A DNA stretch of 64,000 nt, taken from positions 6,265 through 70,264 of the forward strand of contig JAFGVU010000047.1 of NCBI GenBank assembly GCA_016937855.1. Reading direction: 5' to 3'. Source of the DNA: Bacteroidales bacterium. GTDB lineage: Bacteria > Bacteroidota > Bacteroidia > Bacteroidales > ML635J-15. Below, piece after piece: positions 62,954 to 64,000 of this stretch. The translations under genes and the position numbers were made by a program. The number at the start of each line of letters is the position of its first letter. Position 1 is the first letter of the stretch. The notes beneath the pieces were generated by a model. The model made no database searches, was not told where the DNA came from, and saw nothing but the letters and a program-made list of their open reading frames with translations.

Positions 62954-64000
62954 CTATCTCACTAACTTATAAGACTTTACGATATTTTCAACTTGGACTT
63001 TCATAATGTATATTGCATCAGACCAAATCGAAAAATCGACTTCTGATGAATAATCATCTAAGTTTTGATTAAACAATTGTTTTCCCGTAATATCAAATAT
63101 ACATACATTTGATATTTTTTCGCTATTTTCAATTTTCAAAATATTACTTTCATCAAAATAATAACTAAACTCAGCAAACTGAGATTGAGCAACAGATGTT
63201 GTTCCGACAAAAACGGTTGTACTTGATGCTGATTCGTTCCCTAATGCATCGGTTATCGTAACATTGTAAGTTGTTGTCGCTGTTGGACTAGCCATAGGAG
63301 TTTGAGAAGTATAATCATCAAGACCATATTCGCTGCTCCATTGAAAGCTATAAGGCTGAACGCCACCGCTTGCTAGAGCGGATAATTGAGTTGATTCTCC
63401 GGATGAGATAGAATATGTATCCTGAACATCAGTTTCCAATTGAGGAATTCCTGTTGGAACGGTTTCACCGATATTATCGATACAAAAATATGCAGGTGTA
63501 TTTAAACCATACTCACCTGAGTCACTGGACAAAAGAATAAAAGTCAAACTATCTGTTCCTTCAGCCCAAGTTAAATCAACGTACTGCCAAGTATCAAATT
63601 TAAATCCATCTTCGGCATTTGAGAATCGGTAATCTGCTAAAATTATATCTTTACTCACTGCATAATATTCTGTTGTACTATATGCATTTATTCTTAATGT
63701 TAAATAGTGCTTTTGATTAGAGTAATAATCTCCATCAGCCATGTAAAGTGAGGAATTTGCATTTAACGACAAATACATTCCTGGAATACTTTCTGGCATT
63801 GTTTCTGGGTCAAATTTGATAACTGTAGGTATTGGACTATAGTCGCCCATCCAGTCAGAGCCAACAAATGAAACTGCATAGTTTGAAGAGCTATACACAC
63901 CATTCCCCGACGCTGAAGAGTATTGATTTGTCCAATCAAATGTAGAATTGTCGGTTTCATTTGTGTAAGCAAAACCATCCCACATTCCATATTGCTGATC
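62954..64000 (-). CDS. T9SS type-A-CTD secreted protein, DUF4465-like; the 5' end is probably outside the window
   Basis: The visible N-terminus WDGFAYTNETDNS has no signal peptide, so the ORF probably continues past 64000. An Ig-like segment LSALASGGVQPYSFQW is present. The CTD reads ILKIENSEKISNVCIFDITGKQ...IYIMKVQ...YKLVR. Confidence 0.7.
   Translation of the reverse strand, partial: DQQYGMWDGFAYTNETDNSTFDWTNQYSSASGNGVYSSSNYAVSFVGSDWMGDYSPIPTVIKFDPETMPESIPGMYLSLNANSSLYMADGDYYSNQKHYLTLRINAYSTTEYYAVSKDIILADYRFSNAEDGFKFDTWQYVDLTWAEGTDSLTFILLSSDSGEYGLNTPAYFCIDNIGETVPTGIPQLETDVQDTYSISSGESTQLSALASGGVQPYSFQWSSEYGLDDYTSQTPMASPTATTTYNVTITDALGNESASSTTVFVGTTSVAQSQFAEFSYYFDESNILKIENSEKISNVCIFDITGKQLFNQNLDDYSSEVDFSIWSDAIYIMKVQVENIVKSYKLVR

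Overview
AT-rich Bacteroidota-type chromosomal segment. The assignment rests on T9SS type A and type B C-terminal sorting domains, PorP/SprF genes, TAnnTTTG-type -7 boxes, and anaerobe markers (rubrerythrin, HydG, a Nim-like flavoprotein). I support about 50 protein genes, one tRNA-Arg(CCT) and about a dozen hairpin terminators. I saw no rRNA, CRISPR array, transposase, integrase or prophage. Housekeeping genes are lgt, valS, prfA, purM, ndk, pbpC, uvrB, hutH, an SNF2 helicase and a C69 dipeptidase. The accessory content is dominated by type IX secretion. (1) Two giant type-B-CTD proteins share the same body plan (10 PKD + 3 Ig-like + CTD) and flank a PorP/SprF gene. A large secreted WD40 gene at 1..2192 follows them and is absent from the supplied ORF track. 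(2) Three PorE-like TPR/PD40-propeller paralogs are present, one directly behind a second PorP/SprF gene and two behind an ECF sigma factor. (3) Two tandem paralogous type-A-CTD papain-fold cysteine peptidases carry a dockerin-like Ca-loop insertion. I found no clear-cut novel system such as a defence island. The best candidates for undescribed biology are: (a) a five-gene TonB-receptor operon led by a stand-alone homolog of the archaeal TiaS kinase domain (17434..22592); (b) a hydG + 2x TM1266-like + 2x translationally coupled Rrf2 module with no other hydrogenase genes in the window (24631..27426); (c) the peptidase pair, with a triplicated upstream motif and a GC-rich insert; (d) a tandem 33-nt hairpin repeat at 60798..60878. 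Protein calls come from motif recognition by eye on the supplied translations. None has been checked against a database.
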